The notes: generated by a model not told the origin, from the sequence alone. A stretch of 52,037 nucleotides of DNA from a virus (IMGVR_UViG_3300049856_000052:1-52037), one strand, 5' to 3'. Positions 9,351-19,010 are shown, counted from the stretch's first letter. Made by a program: numbers and translations.

Positions 9351-10058
9351 TTAATCAATAAAAATTTTCTTCCAATCAAACTTATTACCTTCAAACCAGA
9401 AGCTCTGTCCCATTAGATGCTGGCACCTACTGCCACAAGCAATAGTTTCAGAAGTCTTAAAGTTTACACCGAGGTTCCCTTCTTTGTCGCGAGTTACGTA
9501 ACCAATAGCATCCACAAGGGAGCACATGATTGTCCTAACTTTTCCTGTCAAGTTCAAGTCTTTAGAACTTACTTCTCTTCCTTGCGACTCAAGCATCTTA
9601 TCTCGAACATGTCCGACAAAGATAACAGAACGAGCAAGAGGATAAGCGAGTTGCATGAGTTCAGCAAAAGCATCTCTAAGCCACAGATAGCCAGCACCAT
9701 TAGGAAGAAACAGAACTGATTTCCCCATAAAGTTTTTACCTACATTGGAGGCTTTGTAATTAAGCGTCGCCAACTCTTCCGCCCATTCTTCCAATTTATC
9801 AACGGTATCAATTGATACATACTTGTAAGGTCTTGGCTGTTTAGCACAAATCATCTCACAGATTTTCCGGTAATCAGCAATGGATGTTGGTTTAATCTTG
9901 AGAGCCTCCATCAACTCTGTTCCATTTTCCAAATCAATAATCAAGTTGTCTTCCAGTTGGCTAAGGATAGTTGTCTTCCCTACTTTAGGTGGTCCATAGA
10001 GAAGGATGTAGCGAGGGTCTTTACGTTCTGCTGGTGTTTTTGATGTTGGTAGTTGCAT
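9351..10058 (-). CDS. AAA_24 / Sak4-like ATPase (single-strand annealing)
   Basis: LLYGPPKVGKTT, IIDLENG, SIDT, FVGH and DAIGY. Confidence 0.85.
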   Translation of the reverse strand: MQLPTSKTPAERKDPRYILLYGPPKVGKTTILSQLEDNLIIDLENGTELMEALKIKPTSIADYRKICEMICAKQPRPYKYVSIDTVDKLEEWAEELATLNYKASNVGKNFMGKSVLFLPNGAGYLWLRDAFAELMQLAYPLARSVIFVGHVRDKMLESQGREVSSKDLNLTGKVRTIMCSLVDAIGYVTRDKEGNLGVNFKTSETIACGSRCQHLMGQSFWFEGNKFDWKKIFID

Positions 10059-10060
10059 AG

Positions 10061-10522
10061 CTAATTGTTGTTCTTGTATTGATAGACTAGGTTAGTGAAT
10101 CGTTCGGCGGCATCTCTTACTATTGCTGGTGCTTTGATGTAGTTGAATTTTATGTTTCGGTAATTACTAAATCCCCAATTCCACATTACATAGAGGTCCA
10201 ACTCTGATGGTCTTCTAAGTGTTGCAACATAGTAGTTGTTGCTTAGAATGTTTAAGTATGTTGCTGCTGCATTAGAAGCTATATCTTTGTGGTAAGCAAA
10301 CGAGAAAGGTTTATTACTACATTCTTTCCAAGTTGCTTTGAGAATCTGATAACGACTTCGTTCTCCTAATCTTCCTACTATTGAATCATCTCCTCCTGAT
10401 TCTATTTGACCTAGAGCTTTCAAAATAGGTTGCTCATAAGCAGGCAATGCTGGCGCAAACATAACAAAGGGTTCACCAATAGCAGACATAGCTATTCCAA
10501 CTATGATAGGAGTTAAGTTCAT
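10061..10522 (-). CDS. Lysozyme-fold muramidase / lytic transglycosylase with hydrophobic N-terminus
   Basis: IESGG catalytic Glu motif, YQI..TW and WN.G. Confidence 0.7.
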   Translation of the reverse strand: MNLTPIIVGIAMSAIGEPFVMFAPALPAYEQPILKALGQIESGGDDSIVGRLGERSRYQILKATWKECSNKPFSFAYHKDIASNAAATYLNILSNNYYVATLRRPSELDLYVMWNWGFSNYRNIKFNYIKAPAIVRDAAERFTNLVYQYKNNN

Positions 10523-11068
10523 TTAGACCTTCAACCTTTCTCTCGCGAACTGACAAGCCCATCTACACTCAAGTTCAAACTCTCTAAGATTAGAACCGTT
10601 GTTGTAAAGCAGGAAGTCTTGTTTAATCTTATCCAATTCTGTTTCGCTTATGTGTATGTCTTCATTGATATGTCCTTTCTTAGTTACCTTAAAGATAATC
10701 CCTTCTTGTGCCTTCACCCACTTCGCCTCTTCCACAAAACGCAAGTCAGGAATTAAGATGATAGCAGGTTCTTTGAGTGCAGCAATCTCTTTCTCTAAAG
10801 CTTTAATCCAGACATCTGAACCTCGTTCACCTTTTGCAAACTCAGTCCCATACCACTGAAGCATGTGCCTAATCACTGGATTATTCTTATTAGCTTCTAA
10901 CCATTCAAGTGATTGCCCCAAGATTTCTGAAAGTTCTTTCTTGAGATTAAAAGCAAAAGAGAATATCTGAATGTTGTGAGTTACATGAGGGAGAAGACGC
11001 TTAAAATTTGAAGCAGCAGTATCTTTACCTGAACCTTTGTATCCTGAGAAAGCTATAATTTTTGGCAT
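10523..11068 (-). CDS. Deoxynucleoside monophosphate kinase
   Basis: FSGYKGSGKDT, FA..LK, R..LQ..GTE, DLRF..E and H.SE motifs. Confidence 0.9.
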   Translation of the reverse strand: MPKIIAFSGYKGSGKDTAASNFKRLLPHVTHNIQIFSFAFNLKKELSEILGQSLEWLEANKNNPVIRHMLQWYGTEFAKGERGSDVWIKALEKEIAALKEPAIILIPDLRFVEEAKWVKAQEGIIFKVTKKGHINEDIHISETELDKIKQDFLLYNNGSNLREFELECRWACQFARERLKV

Positions 11069-11123
11069 AATTAAATTGCGCGTAATTGTTTGCGAGCCAT
11101 GCGCGCCCCAGCTAATTGATTAG

Positions 11124-11327
11124 TTACCTAAGTCCTTTTGCAAGGATGTCTAAACCTTTTTCAAACACTGGATTTGAATCAAGAAAATCCAATGCTGCTG
11201 ATACATCATCTAACTGTTTACTAAGATATGCTTTCTTTTCAGAAAGAATCTGACGTTGTGAAGCTCTTTCACCTAACGTGCTTTTACACATAGGTTCTCG
11301 TTCATTATAAGGCGAAATAATATCCAT
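11124..11327 (-). CDS. Hypothetical coiled-coil protein
   Basis: ORF within the co-oriented operon. Confidence 0.55.
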   Translation of the reverse strand: MDIISPYNEREPMCKSTLGERASQRQILSEKKAYLSKQLDDVSAALDFLDSNPVFEKGLDILAKGLR

Positions 11328-11333
11328 AACAAA

Positions 11334-11807
11334 TTAAAACCCAAACCCAACCGCCGCTTCAAACCGCATCTCAGTCTTATGCTTGAAGTCATCAACCAGA
11401 TAACCTCCAACACGAGAACTAATTTTGTCAGTAATCATAGCAGCAATACCACCACCAACTTTATACTGCCAGTTCTCATTGACTTCAAACCCTTTCAATG
11501 TTCCAAGCGAAGCAAAGAGTGAAATCTTTGAGTCTTTGCTAACAGGAACATAGTAGTTAAGAGCCGCCGAACCTTCGTCCAACACGCTATGATGGGTGTC
11601 ATAGGTAACACCTTGAACCTGAACTCCCAAGTTCTTAATAGGGAAGAGTTCAAACCCAAGACCTCCACCTTGCTTCGCATTGCTGAATTTCAAATCAGAG
11701 ACAGCAACAGAGTAAACTGATTGCACGTTCCAATTCTTCCAGTCTGCACACTTAGCACTGAGAAGGGCGAGAGCACTGAACACTGCACATGTAATGTATT
11801 TCTTCAT
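11334..11807 (-). CDS. Outer-membrane beta-barrel protein (about 8 strands)
   Basis: Sec signal peptide, alternating amphipathic strands and a C-terminal VGFGF beta-signal. Confidence 0.8.
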   Translation of the reverse strand: MKKYITCAVFSALALLSAKCADWKNWNVQSVYSVAVSDLKFSNAKQGGGLGFELFPIKNLGVQVQGVTYDTHHSVLDEGSAALNYYVPVSKDSKISLFASLGTLKGFEVNENWQYKVGGGIAAMITDKISSRVGGYLVDDFKHKTEMRFEAAVGFGF

Positions 11808-12823
11808 TTTATGTTTTCGGTATGTTGTTTGTTTTTCTTATCGCCGCCGCCAAACTCTAGCGGACGGTAATCTGTTTTCTTGAAGTTGTTAGAAAGAATA
11901 GTTTCAAACAACAGCTTGCTATCTTCCCTCTCGCTTAACCCTACACAAGAGGAACAAGCATGATAGAATGTGCAGTTAGAACCATAGCCAACTTGACAGT
12001 GACCATTGATGATCCCTTCTGCTAATGGGTAGTCACCACCCTTTGTAAATCTTTTCCAATCAATGACAAGTTTTGTCACAACAGCATTTAACATTTGAGT
12101 ATAGTTCAACATGTCACTGTCAGAGAACTGAAAAACTTGAGAGCGTTTGAACTCTACCCCATCCTTAGCACTTAGGAAGGCTCCATAAATAAATGCGCCA
12201 ACCTTCGGTGCGCCCTCAAAAGCTTTTGCGAAAGGACTTGTTGGATAGTGTTTCTTATACCAATCAATAGCCCATCTATAGGTGCGTAATTGAGTTGACA
12301 TCTTATAGCCATAGAAATAATCTTCTGGGTCTCTAGCCCTAGTTGTTTTCCAATCCCCTAAAGCGGGACACCCTTTAGCAATTTGAAATACTCCATCCAT
12401 CGTCCCCTGAATTAGGACATCAACTTCATCATCAGAGTAAAGAGGAATAGAGAACTTACATTCAGCCAATGCTGTATCCCCAATCTTAATGTAAGGACAT
12501 TGAGTAAAGATGTCATTAGTTTGCAACTCCATGAAGAACTTAGTAAGTGTCATTGCGAGATGCTTCCTGTCTAAGAATCTAGCAGTGGACTTAATCTCAC
12601 AGTCGTTAATCATTGAGTCCCACTTAGCAAGTGCTGCCTCGTTCGCCTCGAAAGGAGACTTACCTTTAGCAACAAGCTCGGCGGCGAGATGAAAGCAAGT
12701 TCCATACAGCAAATCATTGCTTTCTTTTCTAACCCTCAACCCTTCTCCTACTGTTAGGAGTAGCTTCCTTCCACAAGAAGCATGTTTCAAACTACTGGCA
12801 TCAACGCATAATACTTTTTTCAT
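11804..12823 (-). CDS. PD-(D/E)XK Cas4/AddB-like exonuclease
   Basis: N-terminal Cys, G..FH, E...G..D...DWKT, QL..Y and three C-terminal Cys (Fe-S pattern). Confidence 0.85.
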   Translation of the reverse strand: MKKVLCVDASSLKHASCGRKLLLTVGEGLRVRKESNDLLYGTCFHLAAELVAKGKSPFEANEAALAKWDSMINDCEIKSTARFLDRKHLAMTLTKFFMELQTNDIFTQCPYIKIGDTALAECKFSIPLYSDDEVDVLIQGTMDGVFQIAKGCPALGDWKTTRARDPEDYFYGYKMSTQLRTYRWAIDWYKKHYPTSPFAKAFEGAPKVGAFIYGAFLSAKDGVEFKRSQVFQFSDSDMLNYTQMLNAVVTKLVIDWKRFTKGGDYPLAEGIINGHCQVGYGSNCTFYHACSSCVGLSEREDSKLLFETILSNNFKKTDYRPLEFGGGDKKNKQHTENIK

Positions 12824-13373
12824 ATCTATAGTTTTCTTCTTCTACACTGAACCAATAAAGGAGACCGACCATTAAATAACCAACCCAGAACAGAGCTTCT
12901 AAAGGATTTACTTTTTCTGTGCTAGTGTCAGCAAGTATCCAAAGCAATCTTGGAAGTAACACTACACTTGAGTAGCGAAAGACGGAACAACTTAATGCTC
13001 TACTCTGGGCTGGTTCATCGGGCATTACAAAAGGAACTTCTGGTTTAGTATTAGTGAGTAGATTGAATAACGCTACTAAGCTAATTGCTAGCACGAGAAT
13101 AAACAATAGAGGCTCTGAGCATAGCCAATAGAAACTTGTGGTAATACTAACAGGAGCAACTCCTCCGGGATTACCTAACCAGTGCAAGTCTTGCCAAAGT
13201 GGGCTGCCGGGGTTGTAACCTTCTCTACACCATTGAGAGTTCATCACTCCAAGCGGACCATCATTGGAGAACAGAACTTTATTAGGATTAAAACTTTCTG
13301 AGAACAAATAATAAAACCCTCCAATAGGAACAAGTCCTAGTGCTACACTTAATACTTTATCAGAGGTTTTCAT
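12801..13373 (-). CDS. Multi-pass membrane protein; N-terminus resembles the start of YfhO-like (GT-C) proteins
   Basis: TM helix followed by VLFSNDGPLG...WQDLHWLG and further hydrophobic helices. The family resemblance is from recall only. Confidence 0.5.
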   Translation of the reverse strand: MKTSDKVLSVALGLVPIGGFYYLFSESFNPNKVLFSNDGPLGVMNSQWCREGYNPGSPLWQDLHWLGNPGGVAPVSITTSFYWLCSEPLLFILVLAISLVALFNLLTNTKPEVPFVMPDEPAQSRALSCSVFRYSSVVLLPRLLWILADTSTEKVNPLEALFWVGYLMVGLLYWFSVEEENYRYEKSIMR

Positions 13374-13588
13374 TTAGCTTGAGTAGCTTGCTGCGAAAGA
13401 GCTTGCAATTGTTTTAGCATGTCAGCAACACCGGGAGACTTAGTAGTTACTTTCTTTTTAGTAGGAGCTACAACTGGTTTAGTGGGACGAGTAACTTTTA
13501 AGAATGGTTCGAGAGCTAGCTTGAGTTCTTCGTCTGAGAGTTTCTCCCAATCTTCTGGAGATAACTGCAAGAGGTCAGCAAGAATCAT
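13370..13588 (-). CDS. Hypothetical protein
   Basis: ATGA-coupled ORF. Confidence 0.6.
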   Translation of the reverse strand: MILADLLQLSPEDWEKLSDEELKLALEPFLKVTRPTKPVVAPTKKKVTTKSPGVADMLKQLQALSQQATQAK

Positions 13589-14211
13589 ACTAGTTTCTTT
13601 CTCTCCTTAATAAGTTCTACAAGTTTCTTACTCTTGCACACTTTGAAAGAAGTGGCAGTCATCTTAATCAAGGCTACTTGTTCTCGCATAGGAGCTAAGA
13701 ATCCTGCTATCCAATCCATATCTTCTTCTACAAAGGGAATACCTCCTACTTCGAGCGGCGCATGTTCATCACCTTCTAGTTCTACGTAATCAACAAGTTG
13801 TGTTCTCCAATCTACTGCTGGTTTGTTATCGGAAGTTACTTCCCCTTCTAATCCTTTGAAAGTGTTATGCCTTCCATGCACGATGGAAACTGTTGTCTTC
13901 CCTTTCTGAATCCTAGTAATGTCTTTGAGTAATTTATATTTACCATCTGCGTCCGCATGTTCAATAAGCCAAAGCCATCCTTGGTAAATTCGCATATAGC
14001 AGGAGAGCACTGTCATCCTAAGTTTCTTAGCATCGAATGTTACTTTCTTTGTGACATCACTGTGAAGTTCATCAAGGAAAGGCTTCAAAGTAAGAGCATG
14101 CTTTTGGGTAAAGTAAGGGGAGATAGAAGACTTCCTCCACCCTTCAGGAACTTTTCCTTCATAGTTAACTCTTGCCCTGAGACGATTAGGCATAGAAGCT
14201 TTTTGTGACAT
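13585..14211 (-). CDS. Hypothetical protein
   Basis: 208-aa ORF within the operon. Confidence 0.7.
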   Translation of the reverse strand: MSQKASMPNRLRARVNYEGKVPEGWRKSSISPYFTQKHALTLKPFLDELHSDVTKKVTFDAKKLRMTVLSCYMRIYQGWLWLIEHADADGKYKLLKDITRIQKGKTTVSIVHGRHNTFKGLEGEVTSDNKPAVDWRTQLVDYVELEGDEHAPLEVGGIPFVEEDMDWIAGFLAPMREQVALIKMTATSFKVCKSKKLVELIKERKKLV

Positions 14212-14648
14212 AGGATAAGACTAGGAAATTAAATGGCTCCATAATCGGAGGAGCCTGCCGGTATCAGCGTATCTGGATACTTTGCTAGGTTATAGCACTA
14301 GACTAACCATCATAACGCTGGGCTATCCTACTGAGCAGCGGCACCAAAGATTTAATCTCTTTGAAATCTTTTGCGAGATAAGTCAACCTCATTATACACT
14401 TGAGGTGAAGTGTCTGAGAACATAGATGTTAGTTCTCAGAGTTCTACCTCTCCACTATCCTATGCACTAAGGGTAGGGAGGGACATGCCGCACCAACTAC
14501 TGTGCTGAATAATGTTGAAGTAGAAAGCATTAGAAATTTTGTGTAACATTCTTAGTTTAGCCATACGAACACACAAGGAATCTTCTTGGCGTCACACACA
14601 ACTAAGATAGAGATGGTTACACTCACCTTATTATGCGTCGAAGATTCC

Positions 14649-14951
14649 TTATTTAATAATGATTTGCTGGCGAGGGGTAGGTTTCCTCAAGTTAATTCCC
14701 ATGTCAGGAGCAGAGGGAACAGCAAAAGTAAATGCTAGAACTTGGGCATAGAAACTAGGAGTCCTATTAGTAGAGACTGCCAATTTCGTTTCCAACTCTT
14801 GCCCATGTTGCGCCCACCATATGAAAGGATTATGCCCAGCTTTACCTGCATACTCCATCACTTTTGTCTTGATAGCATCAAGATGTTTCTCTGCTTTACT
14901 CCAATCCAATACTGGAGGAACTGTTGCTTTAGGGGGATTTGTTTCAGCCAT
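14649..14951 (-). CDS. Hypothetical protein
   Basis: First ORF downstream of the sigma54 motif at 14991-15007. Confidence 0.65.
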   Translation of the reverse strand: MAETNPPKATVPPVLDWSKAEKHLDAIKTKVMEYAGKAGHNPFIWWAQHGQELETKLAVSTNRTPSFYAQVLAFTFAVPSAPDMGINLRKPTPRQQIIIK

Positions 14952-14990
14952 AAGTAGTAATATACAACGGTTATGTTGTTAACAAGTCTT

Positions 14991-15007
14991 AGCAAGATTC
15001 ATGCCAA
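14991..15007 (-). promoter_or_regulatory. sigma54 (-24/-12) promoter
   Basis: Minus strand TTGGCATGAATCTTGCT, identical to the 17-mer upstream of the capsid gene; intergenic. Confidence 0.85.
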
Positions 15008-15008
15008 G

Positions 15009-15872
15009 CTATTTTATTTTTCCAAGTATTTTATATCGCAACACTTGAGCTTGTAACGAACGAACATTACCGGAGAGGGAGAAGAACTCTTTATAGATGT
15101 CGTCTGCTTTGTCATCAGGTTTTGTTTTAGCAAAGTTCATGAACTCCGTTACTAACCCTTCTCCTCCCAGTGAATCAACAATGTCTTCGATATCACATAT
15201 TCTTTGATCTAACCCTTTAGTCTTTAGCTCGAATGTATTGAGTCGATAGAGAACATCTTCCCTAAAGTTTATGGTAGAGAGTTCCTTGTTCGTCGCCGCC
15301 ACTACCCTACAATTGATTGGCTCTTCGATGTCACTACCAATAGGGCACACTACCTTCTCTTGTAGAACTCTTAGCAATTTAGCTTGCATACTCTGTGGCA
15401 TATCCCCAATCTCATCTAGGAATATAGTCCCACCAAACGCAGCCCTGAACTTACCTACCCTTTCAGTGATTGCTCCAGTGAAAGCTCCTTTAGCATGACC
15501 AAAGAGTTCTGATTCAATCAATTCATCCGGGAGTCCTGTGCAATTAACTGCTACGAACTTACCTTTTCTGCTACCATGCAATGCTCTAGCTAGCAATTCC
15601 TTTCCTGTCCCACTTGGTCCTTGGATAAGAACTGGATACTCATACCCTTGCAAGAGTTGAGCTTGCTCTTTTACTAGCTGAGTCTCTGGGTCATTGGTAA
15701 TATAGGAGTCCAATACCTTCTCGGCAGCACAAGAGAAGAATGGGTAATAACCCTTAACCCCTTGTGTTACTGCGATAGCTCTTGCTGATACTTCTTGCTG
15801 TTCTGCTAGTGTTTTCTGTCCATTAGTCCAAAGTGTCCTAATGAAGTCTGACGCATTTTTAATTGGTTGCAT
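15009..15872 (-). CDS. sigma54-dependent activator (bacterial enhancer-binding protein AAA+ domain) without HTH
   Basis: [61 protein letters not shown] and GNVRSL; the protein ends about 13 aa later. Confidence 0.95.
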   Translation of the reverse strand: MQPIKNASDFIRTLWTNGQKTLAEQQEVSARAIAVTQGVKGYYPFFSCAAEKVLDSYITNDPETQLVKEQAQLLQGYEYPVLIQGPSGTGKELLARALHGSRKGKFVAVNCTGLPDELIESELFGHAKGAFTGAITERVGKFRAAFGGTIFLDEIGDMPQSMQAKLLRVLQEKVVCPIGSDIEEPINCRVVAATNKELSTINFREDVLYRLNTFELKTKGLDQRICDIEDIVDSLGGEGLVTEFMNFAKTKPDDKADDIYKEFFSLSGNVRSLQAQVLRYKILGKIK

Positions 15873-15874
15873 AA

Positions 15875-17041
15875 TTATTCCTCATCTTCTTCGTCATCAC
15901 CCAGTAAATCTTCTTGGATTATTACTGACTCATCTACTGGTATAACAACTTCCGGTGACTTGTTCATGATTACATCTTCCCAAGATTCTCTTTGCCTAAT
16001 CACTTTCTTTAAGCATTTAAGCTTAGCACTGACTGCTGTCGCCACTGCTACTTCAATCGTCCCACGATAGAACACAATAATCTGACTTGTATCACTGAGA
16101 GAAGTGAGTCGAGGAGCACGACCCAATCCCTGAACCAGTTCGATTGCTGAATATGTAGGGGCCAAAAATGTAACGCGAGGACGAGTGGTGATATTAGGAA
16201 TATCTTCTTCATAAGCAAAGTTTGATTCTGGTTTACGTCTAACCTTTTGCTTAGTCATCTCATCAGTGTGATGCAAGGACAAGCCGACGCCGCCAGACTT
16301 GAAGTTGAATAGACAATAAAGAGCTTCTCCACTCTGGAATCTATCAATCTCTTCTTGCCTCTGTTCATAATCTTGCGGCCCTAAGTTTAGTTCAGGAGGT
16401 AAGTTTCCTAGTCCTGCTATATCAGCAAGCAACTGTTGCTTCATCTTCTTCATCTTGTTCAAGTCGATACTTCCTCCAGCAATTACTGAAGCGAGCAATG
16501 CTTGAATCTCATCTTGTTCAAAGCGTTCCTCTTGTGTAGCAGAGAACACTGAACTACCTCCCCAAATTAAGGAAATCTTTTTCCTCGGCACACCGTAAGT
16601 AGAATAAAGAATATGAGCAACCTTAGCAATAGTTGCTTTGAAGTTGCAAGCGCATACTGCTGCCATCCCATACTTCTCCACTTGTTCATTCATTTGTCTA
16701 GCTAAGATCGGAGCACGAATAAGTTCCGCTTCTTGCCTGAACTTTAACCACTCAACTAGTTGTGCGAATGAAGATGTATGCCCTTCTAGTTTGTTTACTG
16801 CTAAACAATACTTCTCGTATGCTTGATTGTATCTTTGTTCATCCTTTGGTGAATCAAAATCAATCATCATAATTCTGTTATGAGCATTGAATTGCGGACG
16901 CACATTCTTAACATCAACGATGTAGTCTGCTATCTCTTTCATCAAGCGTTCTGTTGCTGCTTCACAGTATTCTATTGGGTCTGATGGAGCAGCAATGAAC
17001 CTTGACCAGAGCGGCCAGTGTTGTTTGTCTAGTGTGGGCAT
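15875..17041 (-). CDS. SF2 helicase, C-terminal RecA lobe (split gene; SNF2/strawberry-notch-like)
   Basis: Motif V GGVGLSLH, motif [10 protein letters not shown] and GTIE; no Walker A or B. Confidence 0.8.
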   Translation of the reverse strand: MPTLDKQHWPLWSRFIAAPSDPIEYCEAATERLMKEIADYIVDVKNVRPQFNAHNRIMMIDFDSPKDEQRYNQAYEKYCLAVNKLEGHTSSFAQLVEWLKFRQEAELIRAPILARQMNEQVEKYGMAAVCACNFKATIAKVAHILYSTYGVPRKKISLIWGGSSVFSATQEERFEQDEIQALLASVIAGGSIDLNKMKKMKQQLLADIAGLGNLPPELNLGPQDYEQRQEEIDRFQSGEALYCLFNFKSGGVGLSLHHTDEMTKQKVRRKPESNFAYEEDIPNITTRPRVTFLAPTYSAIELVQGLGRAPRLTSLSDTSQIIVFYRGTIEVAVATAVSAKLKCLKKVIRQRESWEDVIMNKSPEVVIPVDESVIIQEDLLGDDEEDEE

Positions 17042-17047
17042 AATCTT

Positions 17048-17131
17048 TTAGTATTTAATCATGCACCAAAAGAAGAAGCCTAAAAAGATTAGGCAAGTCA
17101 CTACTACTACTATACATTCTTGTGTGTTCAT
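17048..17131 (-). CDS. 27-aa single-pass membrane microprotein (not in ORF track)
   Basis: MNTQECIVVVVTCLIFLGFFFWCMIKY; its ATG overlaps the upstream TGA and it fills the gap between the helicase halves. Confidence 0.6.
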   Translation of the reverse strand: MNTQECIVVVVTCLIFLGFFFWCMIKY

Positions 17132-18078
17132 AATTTGTATTGCATCCCTAAGTTTACACAAAAGTATTTAGCTTCACACACCCTCGTCCAAGGCGTCGCC
17201 GAACTAAATACCATCTTTACATTTGGGTCTTCAATGTCAGCTAAATTCTGAATGATTTGACTCTGTGTTGAGTCTTCATTCTTTGCGCTCTGACATTCAT
17301 CAATTACCACGAAGAGTGGATGTAAGAACTTTCTCCACTTGTATTCTATTACTTGTTCTCCATTAACTACCTTCTTCACTTTCTCAATGACAGTCTCCAT
17401 CCCTTTTGCTGAACGAAGAGCATCAAAGTTAATCACCCTGAATTGTTTAACTGGACACAACTTGAAGTGATTCTCTAGCACCCGCCTTGTTTGCTTAACT
17501 ATGCTAGCTTTTGTTATGATAAGTGCTGGCCAAGGTGAATAAGTTCTACCCTCGAACCATCCTGATTGCCACAACTCTGCTAACAAAGCACCATAAATAA
17601 ATGTTTTACCTGTCCCCACTCCTGCTGGCAACAATAAAGCTCTCTTATTTTCTACTAAGAGTTTATGCTTCAACTCTTTCGTCGCTTTGATTTGGTGTCG
17701 ATAGAGTGTGACTGGATATTTAGCAATGAGGTCTGTGCTAGTTTTAGGGACAACAGATTCAACAATAGCAGGAAGATTATCATTCTTGGGAATCTCTATT
17801 TGTTTTGGAGAAGCTACTATTGCTTGTTCATCTAGCACTTCTTTCCTAAGAACTTCTCTGAAAGATTCCTCAAGTGGATTAGCTATGTGAACATTGTAAG
17901 CACTGATTGTTAGTGGCTCATCTAATGCTAAAGCTGGGAAGCGTTCATGGGGAACCGACAAGAAGTTTAACACTTCCCTTGCTGTCTTAATCTTCTTTAG
18001 AGATAGGTCTAGGCGGCACCTATTTAGGGATTGCTGATAGAGTGTTAAACGTTTCTTTCGCAGAGTTGAAGGTTGCAT
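17128..18078 (-). CDS. SF2 helicase, N-terminal ATPase lobe (split gene)
   Basis: Q-motif LYRHQ, Walker A GVGTGKT, Walker B IDECQ and motif III SATP; the ORF stops soon after. Confidence 0.85.
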   Translation of the reverse strand: MQPSTLRKKRLTLYQQSLNRCRLDLSLKKIKTAREVLNFLSVPHERFPALALDEPLTISAYNVHIANPLEESFREVLRKEVLDEQAIVASPKQIEIPKNDNLPAIVESVVPKTSTDLIAKYPVTLYRHQIKATKELKHKLLVENKRALLLPAGVGTGKTFIYGALLAELWQSGWFEGRTYSPWPALIITKASIVKQTRRVLENHFKLCPVKQFRVINFDALRSAKGMETVIEKVKKVVNGEQVIEYKWRKFLHPLFVVIDECQSAKNEDSTQSQIIQNLADIEDPNVKMVFSSATPWTRVCEAKYFCVNLGMQYKL

Positions 18079-18081
18079 AGT

Positions 18082-18300
18082 TCATGCGCAATTGATTAGT
18101 TCATGTTGTTCCCAAAGTCTGTTGAGTAGGTCTTGATAATGATTATGGGTCATCACTACTACATTCATATTAGCAAACGCTGGAATTCTTGGGATATGAC
18201 CAGCTTGTGTTCTCAATTCTCCTTTGCTATTAAGCATAAGTTGAGGAGGTTTTGCTGAATAACCTTTTGCTGATTGTGGGGAAACAACTTCGTGTATCAT
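18082..18300 (-). CDS. Hypothetical protein
   Basis: Coupled ORF. Confidence 0.55.
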   Translation of the reverse strand: MIHEVVSPQSAKGYSAKPPQLMLNSKGELRTQAGHIPRIPAFANMNVVVMTHNHYQDLLNRLWEQHELINCA

Positions 18301-18743
18301 AGCTTTAGTTTTTCAATGTCAATTCCAAAAGGAGCAAGCGAACTCCAATCCTGTAGCTTAACTGCATTGTAAGCTAACGCTCTACAGAAAGGAAGTCCTA
18401 GCATAGGAGCTTTCTTGAAGATAGCTTCCGCAATCATGTCCGCATTATGATTAAAGTTTGTGGACATCACCTTCATCTTTGCTGTTCTCTCACCTGCTGT
18501 CCTCCATTCTTCATATCTCCAGACTACTGATTGCGCGCCCTCAATGTCTTCTATGTAGATGCCTGCTTCTTTAAGGTCTGGTATTTGTTCCCTGATTATC
18601 TTGATTACTTCTTCTCCGGGAACTGCTCTATCCCTAAGCTCCACTCCCTTCTTGTAGCTCCAAAGTAGGATTAGAAATAGTGACCTTGGAATTGTCATTG
18701 ATTCTTCTTGCTTTTTTCCTAATTCTTTTTGCTGTTCGTCCAT
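18297..18743 (-). CDS. Hypothetical protein
   Basis: 148-aa ORF within the operon. Confidence 0.65.
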   Translation of the reverse strand: MDEQQKELGKKQEESMTIPRSLFLILLWSYKKGVELRDRAVPGEEVIKIIREQIPDLKEAGIYIEDIEGAQSVVWRYEEWRTAGERTAKMKVMSTNFNHNADMIAEAIFKKAPMLGLPFCRALAYNAVKLQDWSSLAPFGIDIEKLKL

Positions 18744-18897
18744 TTAATTTTTCTCCCACGTTGATAAATTGTCCCTTAGAGGTTTGAAGATAAGAAGTTT
18801 TAGAATAATGAACTATGCGTTCATCTTCTATACTTTGAAGAGGAAGACTGTTTGAAACTTTGAGTTCTCTTAACGCTAATACTTTTGTTGATGGCAT
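18634..18897 (-). CDS. Hypothetical protein
   Basis: Fills the gap but overlaps the next gene by 110 nt. Confidence 0.4.
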   Translation of the reverse strand: MPSTKVLALRELKVSNSLPLQSIEDERIVHYSKTSYLQTSKGQFINVGEKLNGRTAKRIRKKARRINDNSKVTISNPTLELQEGSGA

Positions 18898-18930
18898 AAA
18901 ATAAAAATTCCCGTTATAGCACGACGGGAA
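18898..18930 (-). terminator. Probable intrinsic terminator
   Basis: Minus strand TTCCCGT-9 nt-ACGGGAA followed by TTTTTATTTT. Confidence 0.55.
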
Positions 18931-19010
18931 AAGCGAGGCTATTCATCTATCTTGGCGACACTAATAGCGGAATGTCAGGAGACGAGAGGAGACAACTCTC
19001 TGCCAAGAAA

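Noticed and set aside
11804-12823. Cas4-like gene as evidence of a CRISPR-Cas system
   Set aside because: No repeat-spacer array or other cas gene seen. Solo Cas4-like nucleases near Sak4/SSB genes are ordinary phage recombination genes.
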